Made by a program: the position numbers and the translations under genes. Below the pieces are notes generated by a model. The model saw only the letters and a list, made by a program, of their open reading frames with translations, was not told the DNA's origin and did no database searches. Positions 1 to 8,795 of a DNA stretch of 13,214 bases are shown piece after piece. Source of the DNA: Candidatus Micrarchaeia archaeon (lineage in GTDB: Archaea; Micrarchaeota; Micrarchaeia; CAILAH01); the NCBI GenBank assembly GCA_049970015.1, contig JBMFNT010000007.1, positions 1 through 13,214 on the forward strand, in the 5' to 3' direction. Numbering within the stretch: position 1 is the first letter of the stretch; every line of letters starts with the position of its first letter.

Positions 1-11
1 CGAGGGTAGCT

Positions 12-83
12 GGAATCCCACTCACCTAGAGGGGGAGTCAGGAATCCCAAGGAAACTAGAGGGGGATACTTCCCCCTCTGGTT
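12..83. repeat. GC-rich imperfect direct repeat (GGAATCCCA-N5/6-CTAGAGGGGGA, two copies) plus hairpin
   Basis: Copies at 12-36 and 41-66. 54-66 (AACTAGAGGGGGA) pairs with 71-83 (TCCCCCTCTGGTT) as a 13-bp stem with one G-U pair and a TACT loop. Possibly truncated by the window edge. Confidence 0.7.
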
Positions 84-93
84 GGCTTACTAA

Positions 94-145
94 TATTTAT
101 TAAAGTTTGGCATGTTTAAGAATAGCAATTGATGCTTTGAGGTGA
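94..145 (+). promoter_or_regulatory. Putative TATA box and Shine-Dalgarno site of rps2
   Basis: AT-rich TTTATTAAA at 96-104; GAGGTGA at 139-145, 4 nt before the ATG at 150. Confidence 0.6.
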
Positions 146-149
146 ATAA

Positions 150-848
150 ATGCTAACAAAACAAGAGGAATATATGGAATCTGGGATACATATAGGTACA
201 AGGCTAAAAACGCCATATATGAAGAATTTCATATACAAAGTGCGTCCTGACAAACTTTATGTGATGAACCTTGAGATGATAGACCAAAGGATATTAGCGG
301 CATCTGAGATGATTGCACGGTATGACCCACATAAGATACTTGTGGTGGCATCACGTATATATGCAATAGATGCTGCGAAAAAGTTCTGCAACCTTATAGG
401 ATGTAGAATTGTTGAAGGAAGGTTTCAACCTGGCACGCTAACAAACCCTAAAAGCAAACACTTTTTTGAGCCGCATCTTATTATTGTATCTGACCCGCGT
501 ACAGAGATACAGGCATTGAAGGAAGCCTCGTTCAGGGGGATTCCCATAATCGGGCTCGTTGATACTGACAATTCTGCAAGGTATATTGATCTAGTTGTCC
601 CCTGCAACAATAAAGGTAGGAAATCACTGAGTCTCGTATACAAGCTTATCGCACTAAACGTGCTCAAGATGTTGGGAACCAAAGATGCTGCAAACAAGGT
701 TGAGGAGGCTTTCAAGGAAGAAACTGTAGCTGGGGAAGAGAAGGAAACATCTGAAAAGGAACTTGAGATAGGCAAGACCGACTCAGAGAAGGGAAAGAGC
801 CCAAAGGGTAATAAGGGCACTGAAAAGAAGAATAAGGGGAAGAATTAG
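150..848 (+). CDS. rps2: 30S ribosomal protein S2 (uS2, archaeal type) with charged C-terminal tail
   Basis: Motifs GIHIGT, FIYKVRPD, GRFQPGTLTNP, DPRTEIQALKEAS, GLVDTDN and IDLVVPCNNKGRKSL are typical of archaeal S2 / eukaryotic SA; strong SD. Confidence 0.97.
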   Translation: MLTKQEEYMESGIHIGTRLKTPYMKNFIYKVRPDKLYVMNLEMIDQRILAASEMIARYDPHKILVVASRIYAIDAAKKFCNLIGCRIVEGRFQPGTLTNPKSKHFFEPHLIIVSDPRTEIQALKEASFRGIPIIGLVDTDNSARYIDLVVPCNNKGRKSLSLVYKLIALNVLKMLGTKDAANKVEEAFKEETVAGEEKETSEKELEIGKTDSEKGKSPKGNKGTEKKNKGKN

Positions 849-2534
849 CTTTAATATTGAGATTGTTGCATTTATCGTACCAATGAGCTTTAGGGACTGT
901 GCCTGGCCAAAAACTTTTACACGAACTGGTATTGTTTTTGCAGAGTACTGAAAAGAGGATGCATGCGCAAGAAGATATTTCGCTGCTTCTGTTAAGTCAT
1001 CCTCAAGTGAAACCACATCTTCGATTTCTACAGGGTTTACAATGCCGCTTACCTTATTCAATGTATGAGTGTCAGTTGTCATCACTACTATATTATTGAA
1101 GTATTTAGACAGCTTTTTCTCGAGGTACGATTTGGCCGTATTGGTTATACCGTTCGAATCAAAAACCACATAAAGCACAGAGTTGGAGCGGGTGATAATG
1201 CAGAATAGTGAGATGCCATTCTTCCCTACCACACCATATGTTTGATATTTCTCATCATTTAGTTTTTTGAATGCAAACCTGGCATTTTCCATTTTGAGCT
1301 TTGAATGGCTATTTATAAATGCGCGCATTGAGCTTACATACTCATCCGCCTCATGGGTTCCAACAAGGAATTGTGTTATCTCTCCAGTTTCTGAATTGTG
1401 CTCATCTGCAATCATACATGTAGCAAACCGTTTTGTGCCAATTTCTCTGAGAAGCAACCCAAGCCCAAAATCCATATCCTCTGTGGTATACGGGTAGCGT
1501 GAAAAGGTGCTAAGCACGGAACTATTGATCACCAAATGTGATGCTATTGCCTTGCCATGGGTGGTTTTGACAAAGCAAACTTTCGGCTTATGAAGTTCTG
1601 CGTTTGCAATGAATTCTTTCAATGGGGAAGTTAAGTTAGCCAATTGCTTGCTTGTAGTAGGGTTATAATCATGTGTGCATGCACCGTGCAAAACTGCAAC
1701 ACCATCTGTTATTTTATTCTTTTCAAGTGAACTGGATATAAGGTATGTAAACTCGCTACCGCCAAGGTTTCCAAACGGTCCAAAGTGCACATGAGGTATG
1801 GTTATGAGATACTTTCCATCATTGTTTTTTATCAGTAGTGCATCAACATATGTATTTACATATGTACCTATGCGGTCAAACTCCTTCTCCAAATCTTTTG
1901 ACTCATATAGCCATTGGGATGCAAATAGGGAGAATGCGTGCATACCTGGTATTGAGAATGCCCGCTTGAGTGGTGCATTTATAAGGTATATCAATATGTA
2001 AGCGAATACGCTCAAGATGAACGATGCAACGGAAAGCTTCAGCAGCATATCTTTTGGGGAGGAGGTTATTAATTCAAGGTAGTAAAGCATAACAGAAAAG
2101 AAGAAAAGTTGTATTATTGATAGCACTACTCCTGAATACTTGAGCCTAAATATATAGTAAGAACACATGAAGACAATAAGGAATATGATCGAGTAGCCAA
2201 GTATTATTATGTTGATGTCCTTAGTGTAAAAGTATACCAAATATACTATCATATAAAGGAAAGATGCAATAAACATAAGAAACATAGAGCGTTTCAGAAG
2301 AATACCACGAGTAAGCCTGAAAATCAATGCTGCCAATGTTGCCGGAAAGACTATGAGGAGAAAGGAGGAGAGCAATGCTTGTACTATGCTGACTTGGGTC
2401 ATGTATGCAAATGCAAGTGCAAAAACAATGGAAAGTGCACAAAGAATGACAAATATGTATCTTGAGCTTGGAAGTGATAGGAAATATTTTGTTATGCCAA
2501 CTGCTTTTGATATGTCCTTACTAACTAATTGCAT
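783..2534 (-). CDS. DUF2070-like archaeal membrane protein (N-terminal multi-TM region, His/Asp-rich soluble domain, C-terminal TM)
   Basis: 583 aa; about 6 N-terminal hydrophobic segments; motifs PHVHFGPFGNLGGS, HGACTHDYNP, DEHNS, FDSNG and MTTDTH match my recollection of DUF2070. Confidence 0.8.
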   Translation of the reverse strand: MQLVSKDISKAVGITKYFLSLPSSRYIFVILCALSIVFALAFAYMTQVSIVQALLSSFLLIVFPATLAALIFRLTRGILLKRSMFLMFIASFLYMIVYLVYFYTKDINIIILGYSIIFLIVFMCSYYIFRLKYSGVVLSIIQLFFFSVMLYYLELITSSPKDMLLKLSVASFILSVFAYILIYLINAPLKRAFSIPGMHAFSLFASQWLYESKDLEKEFDRIGTYVNTYVDALLIKNNDGKYLITIPHVHFGPFGNLGGSEFTYLISSSLEKNKITDGVAVLHGACTHDYNPTTSKQLANLTSPLKEFIANAELHKPKVCFVKTTHGKAIASHLVINSSVLSTFSRYPYTTEDMDFGLGLLLREIGTKRFATCMIADEHNSETGEITQFLVGTHEADEYVSSMRAFINSHSKLKMENARFAFKKLNDEKYQTYGVVGKNGISLFCIITRSNSVLYVVFDSNGITNTAKSYLEKKLSKYFNNIVVMTTDTHTLNKVSGIVNPVEIEDVVSLEDDLTEAAKYLLAHASSFQYSAKTIPVRVKVFGQAQSLKLIGTINATISILKLILPLILLFSALITLWALSLL

Positions 2535-2570
2535 TAAAATAGTTTAAATCCATAAAATTAAAATAAGAAA

Positions 2571-3584
2571 CTAAATTGTGCTAAGACTCTCAATATGCTC
2601 AGCTTTTTTTGTATACTGAAGATCTGGTACAAATGTCTCATCAAGAATCCTGCTTTTTACTCCTGTTATTATTGCGGTTACTATTATGTGATCCTGTAGC
2701 TCAGGGTTTACGCGTGCACCCCACAGAATATTTGCATTGTCATCAAAAGACTTACTCACACCTTCTCCAATCCTTGTTGCATCACCAAGCGTAAGAGAAT
2801 CTCCACCACTTATATGTATAAGCGCACCGTTTGCTCCGGTATAATCCACTTCGAGAAGTGGATTCTTAAGAGTATCTTTTATGGCATCTTCAACACGATT
2901 GCCACCACTACCTTCACCTATAGAGATTACTGCTAGCCCTTTGTTTTCCATCAGCGCTTTTATGTCTGCAAAATCTATGTTTATGAGACTCGGATACTGT
3001 ATAGTGTCTGAAATCCCCATCACTGCATTTGAAACTATCTCATCTGCAAGCGCAAATGCCTTATCAACAGGAAGGTCAGGCACATATGATGCAAGCTTGT
3101 TGTTATCTATCAGCACAACTGTGTCCGCAGATTTCCTGAGCTCAGAAATGCCCCATAATGCTTTTTTCAAGCGGGCACGCTCAAGCGCAAACGGAAAAGT
3201 AACCATACCAATAACACATGCACCCATCTCTTTTGCAATGCGTGCAACTACCGGGGCACCTCCCGTCCCAGTACCACCACCCATTCCTGCCGTTACAAAC
3301 ACGAGCTCTGATCCTTCGAGCAGCTCACGAATTTTCTCCTTATCACACTCTGCAGCTTTCATACCTACTTCAGGAAAGCCACCACATCCCAAGCCCTTTG
3401 TCAATGAGTATCCCAAAATATGTTTCTTGTGTGCATTAGTTATATTCAAGTGCATTTTATCAGAGTTTAGTGCAATCGTTTCCGCACTTTTTATACCTAG
3501 ATTAGTGAGCCTGTTAATAGTGTTGCAACCCGCACCACCTACACCAACAACGGAGATCTTTGCTCCGTATGCATCCATTTCCAT
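2571..3584 (-). CDS. ftsZ: Cell division protein FtsZ (FtsZ2-like, downstream copy)
   Basis: [20 protein letters not shown] tubulin signature, PFALERAR, T7 loop SLINIDFAD. Start moved from the GTG at 3602 to the ATG at 3584 (337 aa) because SD GAGGTG lies at 3597-3592. Confidence 0.95.
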   Translation of the reverse strand: MEMDAYGAKISVVGVGGAGCNTINRLTNLGIKSAETIALNSDKMHLNITNAHKKHILGYSLTKGLGCGGFPEVGMKAAECDKEKIRELLEGSELVFVTAGMGGGTGTGGAPVVARIAKEMGACVIGMVTFPFALERARLKKALWGISELRKSADTVVLIDNNKLASYVPDLPVDKAFALADEIVSNAVMGISDTIQYPSLINIDFADIKALMENKGLAVISIGEGSGGNRVEDAIKDTLKNPLLEVDYTGANGALIHISGGDSLTLGDATRIGEGVSKSFDDNANILWGARVNPELQDHIIVTAIITGVKSRILDETFVPDLQYTKKAEHIESLSTI

Positions 3585-3606
3585 ATAGAAACACCTCACC
3601 ACAAGT

Positions 3607-3642
3607 AAAAAAATGAACTAAAAAGGGCCATAAAAGGCCCTT
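3607..3642 (-). terminator. Hairpin plus T-tract between the two ftsZ genes
   Basis: Minus strand reads AAGGGCC-TTTTAT-GGCCCTT (3642-3623), continuing into a T-run to 3620, with a second T7 run at 3613-3607. Confidence 0.55.
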
Positions 3643-3671
3643 GCAGCCCCTGAAACCACCGCTCAAAGTAC

Positions 3672-4742
3672 TTAGCCGATTACTTCAATATCTCTTACTG
3701 GCCCTTTGTCCTTTTCATCTTCACCAAAGTTTCCCATAATGCTTGCTCCTGTTACTCCGGTTACTATTGCAACGATTTCTAGCTTGCCATCATAATTCGG
3801 GATCAATCTTGCACCCCATTTCACATTTGCATTGTCATCCATCTTCTCAGATATGAACTCTCCTGCCTTGATTGCATCACCAAGCGTAAGGTCCCTTCCA
3901 CCACTTATGTGTATGAGCGCACCCTTTGCACCCGCAAAATCAACGTCAAGAAGCCTGTTCTTGAGCACTGATTCTGCTGCACCGCGCACCCTGTCCGGGC
4001 CCTTGCCTTCACCCACTGCAATGAACCCTACACCACCATCTGCCATAATTGCGCGTACATCTGCAAAGTCTATGTTAATCAGGCTCGGTTGTGTAATCGT
4101 CCACACAAGGCCTGTTATAGCCTTTGCAAGTATCTCATCTGCAACTGCGAATGCATCATTTATTGGTAGGTTCGGGACAAGCTCAACAAGCCTGTTGTTA
4201 TCGAGTATAATCACAGAGTCTGAGACTTTTCTTAGGCGTGCAATTCCCTCATCTGCCTTTATCCTCCTTGACCTTTCAAGAGCAAATGGGTAGGTCACCA
4301 TACCGACTGTAATCGCACCCTGATCCTTTGCAATCTCTGCAATCACAGGGGCTGCACCTGTACCAGTACCTCCACCCATACCACAGCATATAAACACAAG
4401 ATGTGCACCGCTAAGCTCGCGTTCGAGTGTTGCTCTGTCAACCTCTGCTGCTTTGGCACCAACCTCTGGATAACCACCCGCACCAAGGCCACGCGTTATG
4501 CTTTTCCCAATCAAGATCTTCTTGGCGCGCGGGTCTATCACATTGAGGTGCTGTTTATCGGTGTTGACTGCATACAGCTCAGCACCTTTCACACCTGCTG
4601 CAATCAGCCTGTTTATGGTATTGTTTCCCGCACCACCTACTCCGATCACAGCAATCTTGATGGACTCATTGTCCATCACATCAGCCGCAGGCTGTTTTTC
4701 AGCCTCCTTATTTCCCAGGGCAGACCTAATTATGCTATCCAT
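3672..4742 (-). CDS. ftsZ: Cell division protein FtsZ (FtsZ2-like, upstream copy)
   Basis: [54 protein letters not shown]-like GAGGGA at 4753-4748. Confidence 0.97.
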   Translation of the reverse strand: MDSIIRSALGNKEAEKQPAADVMDNESIKIAVIGVGGAGNNTINRLIAAGVKGAELYAVNTDKQHLNVIDPRAKKILIGKSITRGLGAGGYPEVGAKAAEVDRATLERELSGAHLVFICCGMGGGTGTGAAPVIAEIAKDQGAITVGMVTYPFALERSRRIKADEGIARLRKVSDSVIILDNNRLVELVPNLPINDAFAVADEILAKAITGLVWTITQPSLINIDFADVRAIMADGGVGFIAVGEGKGPDRVRGAAESVLKNRLLDVDFAGAKGALIHISGGRDLTLGDAIKAGEFISEKMDDNANVKWGARLIPNYDGKLEIVAIVTGVTGASIMGNFGEDEKDKGPVRDIEVIG

Positions 4743-4772
4743 ACAGATCCCTCTTTAAACGTTCTGCTTATT

Positions 4773-4799
4773 TATGCATGCATATATTTATATATTAAA
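4773..4799 (-). promoter_or_regulatory. Putative ftsZ promoter (TATA box) with adjacent 12-bp palindrome
   Basis: Minus strand TTTAATATATAAA (4799-4787) followed by the perfect palindrome TATGCATGCATA (4773-4784). Confidence 0.55.
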
Positions 4800-5068
4800 T
4801 CCTTGCCCGCAAAAAATTATTAATTGAGCAAGAACTGGAAAAGAAGTGCCAGAAATAGCGAAATTCAAAAAAGAAGCCATCCGGATCAATTTTAACGGAA
4901 AATAAATGAATATGATAGTATTGGTATATTGCTGTTTTAAATTTGTACTAAAATAATCGATTAAAATGAAAATAATGATAAAACAAAGCGCGCTTGCATT
5001 CATATTTCAATTTAGAATCGGAATAATGGATAAATACCTGAAAATACCCGTTAAACGCTTGTTTTGTA

Positions 5069-6067
5069 TCACACCAAACGTATTAATCCCCTTCCAAGGT
5101 CTGCAACATTTGCCTGCATGAGCGCCGCAAACTGGTGTATGAATGTATATGTTGCAGTGAATGAAATCAGAGGAAATAATATCATGGTAAGTAAGGTAAA
5201 TTGAATGAATGATGTTATTGTTGAAATTCCAGAGGCTGTGATTTCTTCATCCACACTCTTGTGTGTAAGTTTTTGCTGTATCCAGTACACAAGAAACTGG
5301 CTTGGGTATTCGCGCTTGACTGCACTGATTATATCACTTTCCTTAACATCCAATGTGTGTGTATTGCTAAGCAGGAGAACTGATAGAAAGAACGGATAAA
5401 CAAAGTACAGGCCGATTGAAGATGCAATGAGGAATGATCCTAAAGAGCGTGTGAATGGGAATGCTCTTAAAACTATACCTGCAGGGAAGGCATGGAAGAA
5501 ATATGCCTTTGCAAGTTCAAGTATCCCAAGTTGTATGTAAACAAACAGGAATCCGTAGAACGTATATCCTATGAACGATTCGATTATTGTGGCTATACCT
5601 TTAGAAACACCCAGGCCTATAGGAGTTCCTCCATGCCCAGGAAAAAATGCAGCTGTGGATGATAAGGTTGCAGAGATTGTGTATGTATAGAAAAGCCAGT
5701 CATAAACCTTATTCAGCTTATCCAAGCGTGTCAGCAGGTACGCATAGGCAAAAGAGATGTGCAATTCAGATTGCCTATTTGCCTTAACTAAATCATTAAC
5801 TTCATTAAGATTGTTCTGCTTAGCAATCTCTGATATAAATATTCCAGAAATATCTGCAACAGCAGTCAAAAGGCCGACTGCCAAGAAAAGAAAGAGCGCT
5901 GTTGCAAGGCACTGGAACACCTCATTCACAATCCAGCTTTCGAGCTTTTTTGAATTTATGAACTTTGATACCATATACAGTATTGCGAGCAGTGAAGATG
6001 TAATCATGAGGAGTACTAGTGTAAGTGGGTATGCATCTGTCATTATGCTTGAATATACATCTACCAT
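5069..6067 (-). CDS. Multi-pass membrane protein, operon paralog 6 (putative CedA/VirB6-like)
   Basis: 332 aa; LAILYMVSK..WIVNEVFQ, GIVLRAFPFTRSLGSFLIASSIGLYFVYP, C-terminus GLIRLV; start 1 nt after the upstream stop, SD AGGGTGAT at 6080-6073. The CDS is secure; the function is inferred. Confidence 0.85.
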   Translation of the reverse strand: MVDVYSSIMTDAYPLTLVLLMITSSLLAILYMVSKFINSKKLESWIVNEVFQCLATALFLFLAVGLLTAVADISGIFISEIAKQNNLNEVNDLVKANRQSELHISFAYAYLLTRLDKLNKVYDWLFYTYTISATLSSTAAFFPGHGGTPIGLGVSKGIATIIESFIGYTFYGFLFVYIQLGILELAKAYFFHAFPAGIVLRAFPFTRSLGSFLIASSIGLYFVYPFFLSVLLLSNTHTLDVKESDIISAVKREYPSQFLVYWIQQKLTHKSVDEEITASGISTITSFIQFTLLTMILFPLISFTATYTFIHQFAALMQANVADLGRGLIRLV

Positions 6068-6068
6068 A

Positions 6069-7460
6069 TCATATCACCCTAAACACTTGTATAATATCAA
6101 TGGGCTCGCCTATCGATGCTGTAAGCGTGCGTATAAGTTCAATAAGGATTATAAACTCAATCACTGGGAGCACAAACCCAATGAAAAAGAAATCTGTATT
6201 CATCGCAAGAAGGATAACAAGTGTAAATAGAGGATGCATGATGAAAGAGAATGGTGATATTGTAATGAGTGCTGCACCTAATTGGAATATGAGCACTGCA
6301 AGCCCTGTTACTGCACTAACCACTCTATCAACACCTGGTAATAGAGAGAGTGTTTTTGAAGCCACTCCAAGGATTGCAAGCACACCAACTGATGTGAGAA
6401 GACCGTAGCTTGAAGGTGTAACACCTCTCGATATTATACCTCCTGCCTTGAGCGAATCTGGATCATTCTCTATATCTGATTTAAGCTCACACTTTCCATC
6501 ATTGTAAATTGAAGTTTTGTTACAGCACATTGATGGATCCCCATCTTTTGGCAGATCGCCTGTTAGTATACACGGCGCACAATACTTGCGTGCACCAATC
6601 TGTTGACATACTCCTGAATTACAGTCATCATCAAACTCACAAACAGGTGTATTATATAAGTAAGAGTTGAGAAGTGCATCGTCAATTTTTACAGAGTTTA
6701 CCAGTATGTAAAAGTTATAGGAAAGTATGAGTGGGTATATGAAATACATACCGATTGAGAATGCTATGAGAGAGGCACCCAGAGATCTTGTGGCTGGTAT
6801 TACACGCATAAGGATGCCTAGCGGGAAAAAGAATGACAAGCCAGTAAACTCAAAGAACTTTAGCATGTGGTACTGCGTAGATATTGTTATGAGCAGTATT
6901 GTAATTGAAGAGAGCATATATGGCGCAAAGTTCAGCAGGGGTTCTATACCGCCAAATGGCTGGATTGAACCCATAACACTACCAGCACCAATCTTTACGG
7001 ATGTAATCGCGCCAGCATACATCAATTGGAAAAGAAGCGTTTTGTAAAACTTCTCACCTTCATAATACAGGAGCTGAAGGTATACCTCACCAAGCTTGAG
7101 TACGGATATGTCTTTTGGATCTCCCCCTACAAACTTTATATATTCCCGATTTTTCAGGTCTCCAAAATCTATGCCCAGTGCAGATGGAGTTACACCGCAC
7201 AGGAACTCTGCAAGCATAAGTGTGAATATTATGAATATTACAACACCTGCAACATCACCTATCCCCTCACGTGCAATTCCCTTTAACTCAGGGCGCGAAA
7301 GTAGGCTGCCTAGCATGTATATCAAGGAATAGAGAACCATACCCATAACTATTGCAAGGAGAGAGAAGGGTACCCAATCTGGGAACTTGCCAGAATCACA
7401 GTATGTTGCAAACACAGTAGTTGCAAGCAATACAAATGCAAGCAAGGTTTTACTGCTCAT
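6069..7460 (-). CDS. Multi-pass membrane protein, paralog 5, with signal peptide and Cys-rich insert
   Basis: 463 aa; signal-like MSSKTLLAFVLLATTVFA; LIYMLGSLL..IAREG; GILMRVIPATRSLGASLIAFSIGMYFIYP; 8-Cys segment; C-terminus VFRVI; ATGA overlap with the upstream gene. Confidence 0.85.
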   Translation of the reverse strand: MSSKTLLAFVLLATTVFATYCDSGKFPDWVPFSLLAIVMGMVLYSLIYMLGSLLSRPELKGIAREGIGDVAGVVIFIIFTLMLAEFLCGVTPSALGIDFGDLKNREYIKFVGGDPKDISVLKLGEVYLQLLYYEGEKFYKTLLFQLMYAGAITSVKIGAGSVMGSIQPFGGIEPLLNFAPYMLSSITILLITISTQYHMLKFFEFTGLSFFFPLGILMRVIPATRSLGASLIAFSIGMYFIYPLILSYNFYILVNSVKIDDALLNSYLYNTPVCEFDDDCNSGVCQQIGARKYCAPCILTGDLPKDGDPSMCCNKTSIYNDGKCELKSDIENDPDSLKAGGIISRGVTPSSYGLLTSVGVLAILGVASKTLSLLPGVDRVVSAVTGLAVLIFQLGAALITISPFSFIMHPLFTLVILLAMNTDFFFIGFVLPVIEFIILIELIRTLTASIGEPIDIIQVFRVI

Positions 7461-8794
7461 ATAAGTCTCACCAGATGGCTCAGGTTCAGTGGTGTGCCAA
7501 GAGCAAAGTATGAGAAATCCCTCATAAACAACACCACTATTGTAAAGTTCAAGAATGGTAATATTACCCCAAGTATTATGAAAGATATCCCCACATCTTC
7601 TATTACGTCAAATATGTATATAAGAAAGATTAGTGAAAGTGAGGCTGTTGCACCTTCAGAAAGCATTGCAGTTATGAATGAAATTTTCCCCAATTTACCT
7701 TGTGTACCGCTTGCAATGCTCTTAAAGCTGGATATCACATTTATTGCGCTGTTCATAATCTTTGTGCCAGCGGCCGTACCAACAACAACCTTTGCCCATG
7801 TGGGTATTTTGTCCCATGCTTTCTGTGCAATATCAAGCGCACCTACACTTATCCCACACTTTTCCAAATATGTATCATTCAGCGGAGAAGAAAATATGGA
7901 ATAATCCTTATCTATGAACCTGTGCACAAGATCTTTTGCATAAGGACACTCACTTCCTTCAATAACTGCTGACAATGTATTCTTATTATAAAATGCACCA
8001 AAGAGGCCAAGTTTTCCCTTGCCTTTTTCATCATCAGCAATCTTTGTAAGTATGGAAATATCAAGTGCATAAACTGCGGGCACTATTATGTATGAACCTA
8101 TGCATATTGCTATCAAGACATTCCCTGCAGGGGTTGATGATGGGAACGTTCTGAGTATTACACCTAATGGAAGTAATATCTGCAATATGCTTGACTCAAC
8201 CAGGTTAAGCAGAAGCAGTTGAAAACCGTTTATGAAGAGCGCTGTGGTTATTAATGAGGTGGAAACACCCATCACATACATTATAGGCTTTGCAATACCT
8301 GTAAGGTTTATTGAAACGAGTGGACCGCCCAATGGAATAGAATAAGATTGATTAATTAATGTTGTTATGGTTGTGTTGAGCATTGTGAGTATGAGCAAGT
8401 GGAGGAAGAAGTATATTTCATTCCATGCAACAAACACCTTTGCTATCTCAAACATCCCACCATCTACCTGTATATCCCCGAAAAAAAGCTCTATCACTAT
8501 CTGCGAGAGCACTGCGTAAAGTACTGGGAGTGATGCTATAAGGACTAATGAAACTATTGCCTGGTAAAGTGTATCTTTTGAGAGTGCGGAAAGTTTTGGG
8601 CTTGAGAATATCTGTGCACCCATGTACATCATGGCTGCCAGAATGATTGATAACAACACTGCAACGTATGCTGCTGATGTGTTTGATACAATACGGGATA
8701 TCTCCTGCGAACGGTTTTCAATATCTTGCTGCGAAATTGAATATACGATTGAGATAAGCATAAGCAGTGCTGATATTAATAATAGCCTCCTCAT
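7457..8794 (-). CDS. Multi-pass membrane protein, paralog 4, with signal peptide
   Basis: 445 aa; signal-like MRRLLLISALLMLISIVYS; MMYMGAQIF..SKDTLYQ; GVILRTFPSSTPAGNVLIAICIGSYIIVP; C-terminus HLVRLI; SD GAGGT at 8808-8804. Confidence 0.85.
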   Translation of the reverse strand: MRRLLLISALLMLISIVYSISQQDIENRSQEISRIVSNTSAAYVAVLLSIILAAMMYMGAQIFSSPKLSALSKDTLYQAIVSLVLIASLPVLYAVLSQIVIELFFGDIQVDGGMFEIAKVFVAWNEIYFFLHLLILTMLNTTITTLINQSYSIPLGGPLVSINLTGIAKPIMYVMGVSTSLITTALFINGFQLLLLNLVESSILQILLPLGVILRTFPSSTPAGNVLIAICIGSYIIVPAVYALDISILTKIADDEKGKGKLGLFGAFYNKNTLSAVIEGSECPYAKDLVHRFIDKDYSIFSSPLNDTYLEKCGISVGALDIAQKAWDKIPTWAKVVVGTAAGTKIMNSAINVISSFKSIASGTQGKLGKISFITAMLSEGATASLSLIFLIYIFDVIEDVGISFIILGVILPFLNFTIVVLFMRDFSYFALGTPLNLSHLVRLI

Positions 8795-8795
8795 C

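Noticed and set aside
12..83. CRISPR array or tRNA
   Set aside because: Only two imperfect units separated by 4 nt, no spacers, no cas genes, and no recognisable cloverleaf or T-loop.
2571..3584. Second tubulin-family gene as CetZ or a pseudogene
   Set aside because: Full-length, with FtsZ-type NxDFAD T7 loop and GGGTGTG, colinear with the first copy, and with a good SD.
2881..4293. Long + strand ORFs (2881-3588, 3832-4293) that resemble each other
   Set aside because: They are in-register antisense shadows of the two ftsZ genes; the similarity simply mirrors ftsZ homology.
4788..5003. 71-aa - strand ORF upstream of ftsZ as a possible cdrS or pilin
   Set aside because: Composition reflects AT-rich intergenic DNA (Ile/Phe/Asn-rich); no SD, no ribbon-helix-helix pattern, and it runs into the putative ftsZ promoter. 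Not strictly excluded.
4801..5068. AT-rich gap as a replication origin
   Set aside because: No repeated ORB-like boxes with G-strings and no adjacent orc1/cdc6 gene seen.
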